A stretch of 64,000 nucleotides of DNA, taken from assembly GCA_038882975.1 (NCBI GenBank), contig JAVZNE010000001.1, positions 184,620 through 248,619 of the forward strand. The letters run 5' to 3'. The position numbers and the translations under genes were made by a program. Position 1 is the stretch's first letter. Each line of letters begins with the position of its first letter. Positions 1-8,804 of the stretch are shown here, piece by piece. The notes beneath the pieces were generated by a model. That model did not search any database and had not been told where the DNA came from. It worked only from the letters and a program-made list of their open reading frames with translations. This stretch comes from Candidatus Bathyarchaeia archaeon. GTDB taxonomy: Archaea; Thermoproteota; Bathyarchaeia; Bathyarchaeales; Bathycorpusculaceae.

Positions 1-408
1 AACGCCTATCGTAGGTTTGCCTAAAACTACTCCTAGGTGGCTTGCAAAGCCGCATCGATATGGATGCGCATAACCTTGCCCATCAACCAAGAAAACATCT
101 GGCTGAATTTTCAACTTTCTAATGCACATAAGTGTGGGAGGTAACTCCCTAAATGAAAGAAGTGTTGGAACATACGGAAACGTAACTTTACAAACGGCTG
201 TTTGAGCCTCAACAAGGCCCAAACTATCATAGTCTAGAACGGCAACGGCGCTTGTAGCTAAGCTTCCAGCGTAGGCAACATCTACGCCTGCCACATAGCG
301 GATTTCTTTCGGCAGTCTATCCTCAAAAATAATATGCTTTGAAAGTTGAAGCTGCGTCTTGCGTGCCTTTTCAAAAGAAAAGTGGCACTTCAAATCGGAT
401 AAGCCCAT
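1..408 (-). CDS. nfi: endonuclease V, N-terminal part (C-terminus lies beyond the window start)
   Basis: Not in the ORF track because it runs off the edge. Hand translation of the minus strand from ATG 406-408 gives MGLSDLKCHFSFEKARKTQLQLSKHIIFEDRLPKEIRYVAGVDVAYAGS..VTFPYVPTLLSFRELPP..VDGQGYAHPYRCGFASHLGVVLGKPTIGV. These match endonuclease V hallmark blocks. The ATG directly abuts the stop of the upstream gene (TAAATG). Confidence 0.8.
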   Translation of the reverse strand, partial: MGLSDLKCHFSFEKARKTQLQLSKHIIFEDRLPKEIRYVAGVDVAYAGSLATSAVAVLDYDSLGLVEAQTAVCKVTFPYVPTLLSFRELPPTLMCIRKLKIQPDVFLVDGQGYAHPYRCGFASHLGVVLGKPTIGV

Positions 409-1077
409 TTATCTTCCTTTTTCAAGAGCCTCAAAACGTTTCTCCAGCTTTTCAAAACGCTTCATGTACTTTTCGAGGGACTGCCTCCGCACCTCGTGGG
501 TTACGTCGCCCCTCGTGGTTTCAATAATTTTCCTCGCAACATCGCATTTTCTTCGAAGCCCCGGAACCAGCATATAGGCTTCATCCATAGCCATAAGCTC
601 CGTATAAATCTCATCCATCATTTTTAGGCATTGCTCGCTTTTCTTAGCGTCACCCTCCCGTAGAGCATCCAAGGCTAGGCGTCTATACTCGCCTATAACA
701 TCTGCAAGCCCGAGAACATAGTCTATGGAAGGCACATGAATCTCTGCTGGTGTTATAAAACGCTCCTCTTCGATCAGTGTGAGAAATATGTTTGCCTCAG
801 CATACTCTTGAAGGGCAATATCATATAAGCCTCTGTGAATTATGTCTGGATGCTCTTTTGCAATTGCATTAAGCCTAGAAATTATTTCCTTGGCTTTTTC
901 AAGAAGCCGCCTTGCCTCTTTGAGCCTTTTCTGGTGGATAAAAAGAATTGTTTGCTTAGAGATGCTGGTCAACTTTCTCATGTCAACTTGGGCTTTATCT
1001 CGAATATTTTCCTTGCCCTTAAGTTCTTTTCTAATTTGCTTTAAAACGGTTTTCAAAGAGACCATACGCTCTAACAC
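409..1077 (-). CDS. translin-family protein (predicted nucleic-acid binding)
   Basis: 222-aa all-helical ORF. The block YVLGLADVIGEYRRLALDAL resembles the conserved translin/TRAX core as recalled. It is coupled to nfi downstream. Confidence 0.5.
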   Translation of the reverse strand: MLERMVSLKTVLKQIRKELKGKENIRDKAQVDMRKLTSISKQTILFIHQKRLKEARRLLEKAKEIISRLNAIAKEHPDIIHRGLYDIALQEYAEANIFLTLIEEERFITPAEIHVPSIDYVLGLADVIGEYRRLALDALREGDAKKSEQCLKMMDEIYTELMAMDEAYMLVPGLRRKCDVARKIIETTRGDVTHEVRRQSLEKYMKRFEKLEKRFEALEKGR

Positions 1078-1174
1078 TTCTATTTTAGCGTTCTTATAAA
1101 TATAGGGAAACCACTATTTTATCGTTGCCAAAATAATTGGAAGGTGGCGGCAAATTTTGAGCATTTTTGAGATT

Positions 1175-1378
1175 CTAACTGCTTTGCGGCTGTTTTTCCT
1201 GTTCTTGCCAGCGCTCGATGAGTAATTTGTCGTCTCCGATCTTAAAGCTTACTTTTACAAATATGGAGTCTGAGCCTTTGAAGGGGAACATGCTGTCTTC
1301 AGCTAAGTCCTTTGGCAAGTATATCAGGAATTTGCCGTCCTTCCTTCTGAATAATCTGCCTTTTCCTTCATTAACCAT
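1175..1378 (-). CDS. small hypothetical protein, possibly AbrB/SpoVT-like
   Basis: Track ORF 1175..1414. The internal ATG at 1378 is preceded by GAGGTG 7 nt upstream, so the 67-aa form MVNEGKGRLFRRKDGKFLIYLPKDL... is preferred. The fold assignment is weak. Confidence 0.35.
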   Translation of the reverse strand: MVNEGKGRLFRRKDGKFLIYLPKDLAEDSMFPFKGSDSIFVKVSFKIGDDKLLIERWQEQEKQPQSS

Positions 1379-1468
1379 GGGTTGCACCTCGATGAAAGCG
1401 ATTTTGAACACCAATGAATAAAAAGCGAGTTATTTAACCTTTACTCCGTGCCATAAATACATAAAGCC

Positions 1469-2428
1469 TTAACCAGATGAAAATCTTATGGGCTTTTCGA
1501 GTCTGCTCAACAATACTACACGGCTTTCTTCTGATTCATCTATAACCCTATAGCTCGTGGCGTTTGCAATTTGTAAGGCAAATTCGCGTATTTCTTTGTG
1601 ACTTGGCATACCTTCATAGCCCAATCGCAATCTTGAAAAACCAACATGCATGTAGGCTTTAGGCTCAACGTATGTGGGGTTAGCCTTCTCTATAAGCTTA
1701 GCATATTCCTCAACATTCCCCATGTTTAGACCGCGCACAGCAGTTATGCGGATCACTGTTGGACAGTTAAAACTTTTTAGAAGCTCTAATGTTTCGTTAA
1801 GCCTCACCCAAGCATCTGCGGCTATGGGACGACAAACTTTCCGATGAATTTCCTTGTTTGGAGCGCATACGGAAATGTAAAGCTGGGTTGGCTCATGGCT
1901 TAGTTTAGCCAGAGCAGATGGGACAGTGCCGTTTGACACCAGAAAAGTGGTGAAACCCCTTTCGTGAAAGGCATATATAAGTTCGCCTATAGGCTCATAG
2001 AGGGTTGGCTCTCCAGTTAAGCTTATCGCCGCGTGCCTCGGTCTTAGGGCTTCCTTAAACTTTTGAGGATCTGCCTTCGGATTTCCCTTATACCCGCTTA
2101 AGATTTTAAGCTGCGCTTCTATGCTCCCCTCTACAATTTCTTCTGGGGGATCCCATTTTGGCAGTTTAGTCTCTTCCCATGTGATTTGGAGGTCTCCGCT
2201 CTGGGCCCTCCAGCAGAAGAGGCATCTCTGCGTGCAATAGAAAAGCGATGGTGTCATCTGAATGCACTGGTGGGATTTTATTCCGTAAAACTTCTGCTTG
2301 TAACATGGTCTATTGTGGATGAGGCTTTCATAAAGCCATCTGCACCTTTTGACAGCCGAATGTCTTCCGACAATGTGGTATTTATGTTTCTTCAACGCTT
2401 TAACAAGAGCTTCTGGAACGAGACTCAT
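1469..2428 (-). CDS. taw1: tRNA 4-demethylwyosine synthase (radical SAM, TYW1/Taw1)
   Basis: 319 aa. It has the N-terminal Cys cluster HSAVKRCRW..RPCYKQKFYGIKSHQCIQMTP, the radical-SAM box CTQRCLFCWR and a typical archaeal Taw1 length. Confidence 0.85.
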   Translation of the reverse strand: MSLVPEALVKALKKHKYHIVGRHSAVKRCRWLYESLIHNRPCYKQKFYGIKSHQCIQMTPSLFYCTQRCLFCWRAQSGDLQITWEETKLPKWDPPEEIVEGSIEAQLKILSGYKGNPKADPQKFKEALRPRHAAISLTGEPTLYEPIGELIYAFHERGFTTFLVSNGTVPSALAKLSHEPTQLYISVCAPNKEIHRKVCRPIAADAWVRLNETLELLKSFNCPTVIRITAVRGLNMGNVEEYAKLIEKANPTYVEPKAYMHVGFSRLRLGYEGMPSHKEIREFALQIANATSYRVIDESEESRVVLLSRLEKPIRFSSG

Positions 2429-2495
2429 TATGACGCCACTAAAGGCTTTTCCATTCGTCTAAAATCTTAAACAAGTTTTATAAAAAGTGTCCTTT

Positions 2496-3695
2496 TCACT
2501 GCATAAAACAATATTTAATGCTTTGGAATACTGAGCACAATTTTGCTACTTCACCCTTGATTATCTCTGGATCTTCTCCATCCAAAACTGCCCTTTTAAT
2601 AAGCTCGGCTATTTTTGCCATCTCCTCCTCCCTCATTCCACGCCTTGTAACCTCGCATGTTCCAAGCCTTATGACGCAGTCTACAATTATGTTTGCCCGC
2701 TGAAGTTTTTCGGCTATCTCCCTGCCCCGCACATAATTCCCAAAGTCCAAGATAACTTGGTGAGACTGGGTAAAGCCTAGATGCGAGCATTTAACTGGAA
2801 AACCATAGTCGTGCAGGTTTTTGGCTAAAGCCTTCGCGTTGCGGATGACTTGCTCCGCATATTCCTTGCCAAACTCCTTCATTTCTGCAAGTGCCAAAGT
2901 TAATGCTGCAATGCGGTTCCAATGGGCGTTATCCACAAACCTAGGGTAAATCTTAGCTTTCAAGGCTTCGCCATGCTCTTTATCGGCAAGAATTATGCCG
3001 CCTTGCGGTCCGAAAAAGGACTTATGCGTAGAGCCAAAAAGGGCATGTGCGCCCTCCCTTAACGGGTCTTGAAATTGTTTTCCAGCGATAAGTCCCAAAA
3101 CATGGGAACCATCGAAACCCACACGCGCACCAAATTCTCGGGCAATGCTTGCTAACTCTTTAACGGGATGAGGAAAGGTTATTAGGCTTGCTCCAAAAAT
3201 TATGAGTTTAGGCTTTATACGTCTAATAGTTTCTTCGGCTTTTCCAACATCGATTTTCATGTCATCTTTAACAAAGGGAAATGGAACCGGCTTTAAACCC
3301 AAAAACCCAGCTAATCCGTCATGCCACAATCCAGGATAGCCGCCATCTTCTGGAGAGACACTCACGAGCACATCACCTGGCTTAGAGAAACAAGCTACAA
3401 AAATCATGTCGGCAACATGTCCAGAAAGCGGACGCAAATCAGCAGTTTCGGCTCCAAAAACGTCTTTTGCTAGTTCCTCGCCAAACTGCTCAATCTCGTC
3501 CATAAATTTCGTGCCCATGTAAAAGCGGTCTCTGGCAGTATAGCGGTTTCCAAGCTCGGAGCTAAGGAGACTGCGCACAGCAGGGCTCATAACATTCTCT
3601 GATGGAATAAGGTTTAGGCATTCTTTTCCACGCCAATTTTCATGCCTTTCAACAAGAGCTAATATCTCACTAATCATCGAGGGGAGCCCCCGCAT
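2496..3695 (-). CDS. glyA: serine hydroxymethyltransferase
   Basis: LNLIPSENVMSPAV near the N-terminus and the PLP-lysine block GSTHKSFFGPQGG. Confidence 0.9.
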   Translation of the reverse strand: MRGLPSMISEILALVERHENWRGKECLNLIPSENVMSPAVRSLLSSELGNRYTARDRFYMGTKFMDEIEQFGEELAKDVFGAETADLRPLSGHVADMIFVACFSKPGDVLVSVSPEDGGYPGLWHDGLAGFLGLKPVPFPFVKDDMKIDVGKAEETIRRIKPKLIIFGASLITFPHPVKELASIAREFGARVGFDGSHVLGLIAGKQFQDPLREGAHALFGSTHKSFFGPQGGIILADKEHGEALKAKIYPRFVDNAHWNRIAALTLALAEMKEFGKEYAEQVIRNAKALAKNLHDYGFPVKCSHLGFTQSHQVILDFGNYVRGREIAEKLQRANIIVDCVIRLGTCEVTRRGMREEEMAKIAELIKRAVLDGEDPEIIKGEVAKLCSVFQSIKYCFMQ

Positions 3696-3800
3696 ACGCT
3701 ATCCTTTTTGGCAATAACTGTTTAAATGGCTTACCTACAAAGGTAAAGTTTAAAATGTTCCCTTTATAGTAAATGTTTCACATCACCAATAACTTTAGGA

Positions 3801-5918
3801 GTGTTGGAGAGTAGCAGCTTGAAAAGGAAGACCGCTATAATTGCGCTGATAATTCTATTAACCTTAACAATTTTCGCACAGATAATTTCTCCACGTGTAA
3901 GTGCTGTTGACGTAAAAATTACTTCTATCACACCTTCAACTCAACGGGGGAAAGTTGGAGACAAAGTTTACGTTATTGGAACGATAAATAGCACAGACGG
4001 CCCATATCAAATATGGTTTGACAACATTCTTATAAAAAGTGAAAATGCCTCAGGAAATAATGTAAACTGTTCATTTATTGTACCCCCGCTTCTGCCTAAA
4101 AACTACACATTAATTTTACGCGATGTTGTGAAAAACTTAAATGCAACATCATGGTTCATTGTGGAGACAAACTACGTTCTCAACATAGTAAATAAACCGG
4201 ATTATCCAAAACAGCTACAGCAAAAGGAAAAAGTCAACATTTCAATAGGCATAACTGGAGGGAATGCAAGCACCATTTACAGCGTAAACGTTACAGTTAA
4301 AACTCCTGCCAACAAAACATACTCAAAAGAAGTACAACTTCTAACAAAGGATGATGGAACAGGAAACGCAACAGTAGTATACCCTTTTGAAAACGCCCAA
4401 GACTCCAATACGAATTATACGGGAACCTATACGGTTACGGCTAATTTTAGCGGAATTTTGGTTTCTGACACGTTCATTGTAGGATTAACAGATAGCGCAG
4501 AATATCATAGACTCCAAAACGTGGATATTAAGGCGGCATACGCGCCTTATGAAAACGTTACGCTAACAATAATGGGAAAGGGCGCATATCATTCCATAAA
4601 TCTAACGGCGGACAATGAAGGCATAGTTCATTATACTGGGTGGTCTGTCCCTCAAAATGCCACCATAGGATCATATCAAGTTAGCATAAAATCTATGTCA
4701 AATATAACGAGGAAAACGCCTCCGGACGTCCAAAACTTCACGGTTCCTGGCTTTAAAATTGAAATTTGTACGCGTAACCTCGCCAGTGAAGTTGTTTCAA
4801 ATGTTACCTTAAGAACGTATGATTTGTGGGCGAATAAGACCTATAGTGATGTGGTAAGCAACAGAACTGGTTTTGCAATTTTAACACTGGAAGTTGGCGA
4901 ATACAACTTTACTGTGTATTATAGAGGAGTTAAAGTCAATCAAACTTCAGTTTTTATAAACCAAGAGAGAACATTTAACATCACGTGTCAGCTTACAAAC
5001 CTTAGAGTAAGGGTAGTGAGCGCACAAAATATGGCAATAACTATCCCCTTTGTAAATGTAACTCTATCCTGCAGCTTTACTAGAGATTTAGATGGAAAAA
5101 TGGATAAATACGTTAATTTTACCCTAACCGACATTACAGGGACAGCATGGTTCCACTCACTTTTGCCAAATGTAAACCACATAATTGTTGCCTCGCGATA
5201 CGGAAGAAACTTTAACCAAACAATTTACAAAGTGGAGCAGTATGCGTGGAATGTCCTAAACGTAACTTGCCCCGTATTTCCAATGCACGTAAACGTTTTC
5301 GACGGTGAGGGTAACCCTATAGAAGGTGCCACTGTTGAAGCATTCGATTTAGAGGTTGGTGCACAATATAGCAACCGCACAAACCGCAACGGAAACGCGG
5401 TCCTCAACTGCATTTTCGGAAAATACAATGTTAAGATCTATTTCAACAGAATATTATTGAATAAAACAAAAATGCCAGTTGTATTATTTGGCGAAAACGT
5501 CACATCGCCATTTTACTGCATCCTTTACAATCTACCAATTCACGTTAAAGTGGTTGACTATTTTGGGCAGCCAATTCAAAATGCGAACGTAACCCTAGAA
5601 AGGAATGGTGTCAAAATAAATTCAAGCATCACTGGAGCAGGCGGTGTAGCCACTTTTAGGGAAATTGGCGGAACATTAACAATAAAAGTCTATTTGACGA
5701 ACCAAAACTTGCCGGAAGCTACGCTTACAGCTTATATTGGCGAGAAAAGGGACCATTCAAATCCAGTCGTGGTTAAACTGGGGAATTATGTTGTTCTAGC
5801 AGGCTTTTTGGTTGATACAGCCCAGTTTGCCATGATCATCTTAATCCTAGCTACGATGGTGCTGGTTGCAATAATAGAGATTGCGAGAAGACGGTTTAAA
5901 GGCAAAGTTTCAAGTTAG
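3801..5918 (+). CDS. secreted, membrane-anchored surface glycoprotein with tandem carboxypeptidase-regulatory-like (prealbumin-fold) repeats
   Basis: GTG start. Signal-like N-terminus KRKTAIIALIILLTLTIFAQIISPRVSA. C-terminal TM helix plus basic tail (IILILATMVLVAIIEIARRRFKGK). About 32 N-x-S/T sequons by hand count. Repeated blocks such as VTLRTYDLWANKTYSDVVSNRTGFAILTLEVGEYNFTVYY. Confidence 0.6.
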   Translation: MLESSSLKRKTAIIALIILLTLTIFAQIISPRVSAVDVKITSITPSTQRGKVGDKVYVIGTINSTDGPYQIWFDNILIKSENASGNNVNCSFIVPPLLPKNYTLILRDVVKNLNATSWFIVETNYVLNIVNKPDYPKQLQQKEKVNISIGITGGNASTIYSVNVTVKTPANKTYSKEVQLLTKDDGTGNATVVYPFENAQDSNTNYTGTYTVTANFSGILVSDTFIVGLTDSAEYHRLQNVDIKAAYAPYENVTLTIMGKGAYHSINLTADNEGIVHYTGWSVPQNATIGSYQVSIKSMSNITRKTPPDVQNFTVPGFKIEICTRNLASEVVSNVTLRTYDLWANKTYSDVVSNRTGFAILTLEVGEYNFTVYYRGVKVNQTSVFINQERTFNITCQLTNLRVRVVSAQNMAITIPFVNVTLSCSFTRDLDGKMDKYVNFTLTDITGTAWFHSLLPNVNHIIVASRYGRNFNQTIYKVEQYAWNVLNVTCPVFPMHVNVFDGEGNPIEGATVEAFDLEVGAQYSNRTNRNGNAVLNCIFGKYNVKIYFNRILLNKTKMPVVLFGENVTSPFYCILYNLPIHVKVVDYFGQPIQNANVTLERNGVKINSSITGAGGVATFREIGGTLTIKVYLTNQNLPEATLTAYIGEKRDHSNPVVVKLGNYVVLAGFLVDTAQFAMIILILATMVLVAIIEIARRRFKGKVSS

Positions 5919-6033
5919 AGTTTGAATATTGAGTTTTATGGGAAAAACTTTATATCAAAATGTTGTGGAACATATTACAAGAAGAAGCTTTGGAAACTGA
6001 AATTTTAGAATAATTGGAAAGGTTGTATACACA

Positions 6034-6321
6034 TTGGCGCAGGTAAAGATGTGTTCTCCCACATGCGAACTCTTCAAATGTGGCAAAAACGCTGCTGTTT
6101 ACCGCCGAAATGGAGTTTGGTGCCGCTGGACAGAGGATATGTGCAACGTGGCAAATTGTTCCTATGCACTTTGCACAAAAAGAAGACTCCTCCCACGGGG
6201 GATATGCGGAGAAACCGTTAAGAGAAAAACAACCGAAAAACAGCCAGAAGAGGTTGTTGGACCAACAATAAAGCTCCGAGGAAGAGCCCTACGTAAAATA
6301 GGAGAAAGAGAACTATTCTAA
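6034..6321 (+). CDS. small cysteine-rich protein (8 Cys) with basic C-terminal tail, unknown function
   Basis: Track ORF starts at TTG 6034. ATG 6049 (MCSPTCELFKCGK...) with AGGT 5 nt upstream is an alternative start. Cys spacing is C-x3-C-x4-C-x13-C-x6-C-x4-C-x4-C-x10-C. Confidence 0.4.
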   Translation: MAQVKMCSPTCELFKCGKNAAVYRRNGVWCRWTEDMCNVANCSYALCTKRRLLPRGICGETVKRKTTEKQPEEVVGPTIKLRGRALRKIGERELF

Positions 6322-6382
6322 ACTAAACCATGTGATCTTAAGCTTTCAAGTAACTGTGCTTTAAGAATGAGCCTACCGGATA

Positions 6383-6550
6383 CTATTTTGCTTGGACCCG
6401 CTTAACAACGGGCGGCCTTATTTTTTTTAAAACTCTGTAGCCGCATACGGTGCATTTTATTTCTCCGCCGCGAAGCTCAAGCTCCTCTGTAGAAACCTTT
6501 GCCCCACACCTCAGGCACTCGTAAACTATTCCTGTTGTTATTTTCTCCAT
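6383..6550 (-). CDS. rpoP: DNA-directed RNA polymerase subunit P (Rpo12/RPABC4)
   Basis: Below the track's 60-aa cutoff. Hand translation gives MEKITTGIVYECLRCGAKVSTEELELRGGEIKCTVCGYRVLKKIRPPVVKRVQAK. It has a CxxC...CxxC zinc ribbon and the CGYRVL-KK-R tail typical of archaeal RpoP. Confidence 0.8.
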   Translation of the reverse strand: MEKITTGIVYECLRCGAKVSTEELELRGGEIKCTVCGYRVLKKIRPPVVKRVQAK

Positions 6551-6628
6551 GATGGCCACTCTCTCATTATAGAGGGGTTTTTGCTTTTAAGTATTTCCAA
6601 TACAACTAATATCGTAGTGAGGTTATCA

Positions 6629-7516
6629 ATGAAAAAGCGCTTAAAGACGCTCTTGTTGGAAATTCTTCCACCAGAGGAATTATCCAACATCTACAATTCC
6701 TACGATATTGTTGGGGACATAGCCATCATACGCTTGACTGAAAAATCCGCGAAATATAGCCAAATAATTGCTGAAACCATCATGAAAGTTCATAAGAACA
6801 TTAAAACCGTCTTAGCGCAGACAAGCCCTGTTCACGGGGATTATAGACTTAGGAAACTGGAGCATATAGCCGGAGAAAAAAGAACAACAACCATCCATAA
6901 AGAGTCTGGATGCCTCTTTTCAGTGGACATTAACAAGTGCTATTTTTCTCCCAGACTCTTCTACGAGAGGATGCGGATTGCTAAACTTGTTAGGGATGGA
7001 GAAAACGTCGTGAACATGTTTGCTGGGGTAGGGTGCTTCTCGCTGGTGATTGCCAAACACTCAAACGCCGCAAAAATCTACTCAATAGACGTTAACCCAA
7101 CAGCCATTCGGTATATGAAGGAGAACGTTAAGCTGAACAGAGCCTTTGGCAGAGTTATCCCAATAGAGGGAGACGCTAAAGAGATTATCCAAAAAATGCT
7201 GCATAACGTAGCCGATAGAGTGTTAATGCCACTGCCAGAAAAAGCCTTGGAATATCTACCCTACGCCCTCTTAGCTCTAAAAGAGGGCGGCGGTTGGATA
7301 CACTACTACGATTTTGAACATGCTGGTAAAGGGGAAAACGCCATTGAAAAAACTAAATTGAAAGTTGCACAAAAACTTGAAAGCCTTGGAGTGAAATTTG
7401 AAATCTCCTTCGGCAAGGTTGTTCGTACAACCGGTCCAAACTGGTACCAAATTGTTTTAGATATCAAAGCATCTTCGAGTCGCCATGTGCGGTCTAGCAA
7501 TTCTTTGGAGAATTAA
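6629..7516 (+). CDS. trm5: tRNA (guanine37-N1)-methyltransferase Trm5 / Taw22-like
   Basis: Track ORF starts at 6581. ATG 6629 has GTGAGGT 5 nt upstream. Matching blocks: YDIVGDIAII, CYFSPRL..ER.RI, SAM motif VVNMFAGVGCFSL, and the NP-motif region IDVNP. Confidence 0.8.
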   Translation: MKKRLKTLLLEILPPEELSNIYNSYDIVGDIAIIRLTEKSAKYSQIIAETIMKVHKNIKTVLAQTSPVHGDYRLRKLEHIAGEKRTTTIHKESGCLFSVDINKCYFSPRLFYERMRIAKLVRDGENVVNMFAGVGCFSLVIAKHSNAAKIYSIDVNPTAIRYMKENVKLNRAFGRVIPIEGDAKEIIQKMLHNVADRVLMPLPEKALEYLPYALLALKEGGGWIHYYDFEHAGKGENAIEKTKLKVAQKLESLGVKFEISFGKVVRTTGPNWYQIVLDIKASSSRHVRSSNSLEN

Positions 7517-7581
7517 ATGTTTTATATTACTTGATAAATAAAATGCTGGTTGAGGAGGAATGAAAAATCAAAAGGAAATTG

Positions 7582-7842
7582 ATGGAAATACTCGCATGCC
7601 CCATTGATAAACACCATCCGCTTGAACTTTATGTTTTTGAGGAAAAGGACGAAATCGTTGAAGGCCTAATTGTTTGTCCAAAATGCCTAAGATGGTATCC
7701 GATTCGCGACGAAATTCCGGAAATGCTCCCGGACGAGCTACGCAAAGAGGACGAAGACTTGCCCTTCCTTAAAAAATGGAAGGAGAAAGTTCCAGAGAAG
7801 ATTCTTCTCGAAGGGAAACCATTTAACTTAAAGAGGAAGTAG
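7582..7842 (+). CDS. trm112: Trm112-family small zinc-ribbon protein (methyltransferase activator)
   Basis: MEILACPIDKHHPLEL...LIVCPKCLRWYPIRDEIPEML matches the Trm112/UPF0434 pattern. It lies directly downstream of trm5. Confidence 0.7.
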   Translation: MEILACPIDKHHPLELYVFEEKDEIVEGLIVCPKCLRWYPIRDEIPEMLPDELRKEDEDLPFLKKWKEKVPEKILLEGKPFNLKRK

Positions 7843-7847
7843 AAGAC

Positions 7848-8804
7848 TCACTTAAGCTTAACAAGTCTACCAGTTTTAGAGGATTTAAGCGCAGCCTCAG
7901 CAATTTTTAAAGCCTTTAAGCCATCCCATCCCGTTATTAACGGCTTTTCTTTTCCAAGGACGCATCTTGCAAAGTGTTGAAGCTCAAGTTTTAAGGGCTC
8001 CTGCCACGGAATTCTCGGCTGAACGGTTTTCTCCGCCGTCTCTATTGTCAATTCCTGCGTGATGTAGTCGAGTTTTGCTATGGCCTTGCTTCCGGTCACT
8101 ACGAGAACCCTTGTCTTGTAGGGGGTTAACCAGTTCGCTTCAATAAAGGCGTTTTTCCCATGCTCAAAAGTTAGCATTATGTGGGCGTAATCCTCGAACT
8201 TTTTATGCCTCATGTTACCAGTTTTCGCGTAAACCGCCACAGGGTCACCTTCAAATAAGTAGCGCATCACATCTATGTCGTGAATCGCTAGGTCTTTTAC
8301 CACTCCAACATCTCCTATTCTTTCAGGCCATTCTGAAACCCTCTTAGCTGTGGCGCAGACAAGTTCGCCTATATCTTGGCTTCCAATAGCTTTTCTAATA
8401 TACTGGAGCCCGGGAATAAAACGCATTAGAAAGCCGACTGAAAGGTTTAGTCCTTCCTTCTCTGCGGTCCTTAGTAAAGTTTCGGCTTGTTTGGAGTTTG
8501 CAGCCATAGGCTTCTCAACCAAGACATGCTTTCCAGCTCTTAATGCCTTCAAGGCCTCTTTTGCAAGGCTTGTTGACCATGTGCAAACACTGACAGCTTC
8601 AACGTCTTTTCTCTTCAACATCTTTGCCGTGTTAGCATAAGCTTTAACGCCAAACTGTTTGGCAACAGCTTTTGCCCTTTCAGCATTAATATCGCAAACA
8701 GCCAAAAGCTCTGTTTCCTCCAGTTCGGTGAAAACTCTTGCGTGGTTCTTTCCCCAGAACCCGGTTCCGATAACAGCGACTCCGAGTTTTTTCATCTCTT
8801 CCAA
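7848..8804 (-). CDS. Gfo/Idh/MocA-family NAD(P)-dependent sugar oxidoreductase
   Basis: N-terminal Rossmann motif LGVAVIGTGFWGKNHARVF and the EKP motif VLVEKPMA. It is the last gene of the nucleotide-sugar operon and overlaps the upstream gene by 13 nt. Confidence 0.8.
   Translation of the reverse strand: MEEMKKLGVAVIGTGFWGKNHARVFTELEETELLAVCDINAERAKAVAKQFGVKAYANTAKMLKRKDVEAVSVCTWSTSLAKEALKALRAGKHVLVEKPMAANSKQAETLLRTAEKEGLNLSVGFLMRFIPGLQYIRKAIGSQDIGELVCATAKRVSEWPERIGDVGVVKDLAIHDIDVMRYLFEGDPVAVYAKTGNMRHKKFEDYAHIMLTFEHGKNAFIEANWLTPYKTRVLVVTGSKAIAKLDYITQELTIETAEKTVQPRIPWQEPLKLELQHFARCVLGKEKPLITGWDGLKALKIAEAALKSSKTGRLVKLK

Noticed and set aside
6080-6271. A 63-aa ORF overlapping the Cys-rich ORF in another frame.
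   Set aside because: It is shorter, has no start context and no features. The 8-Cys frame is the more plausible product.
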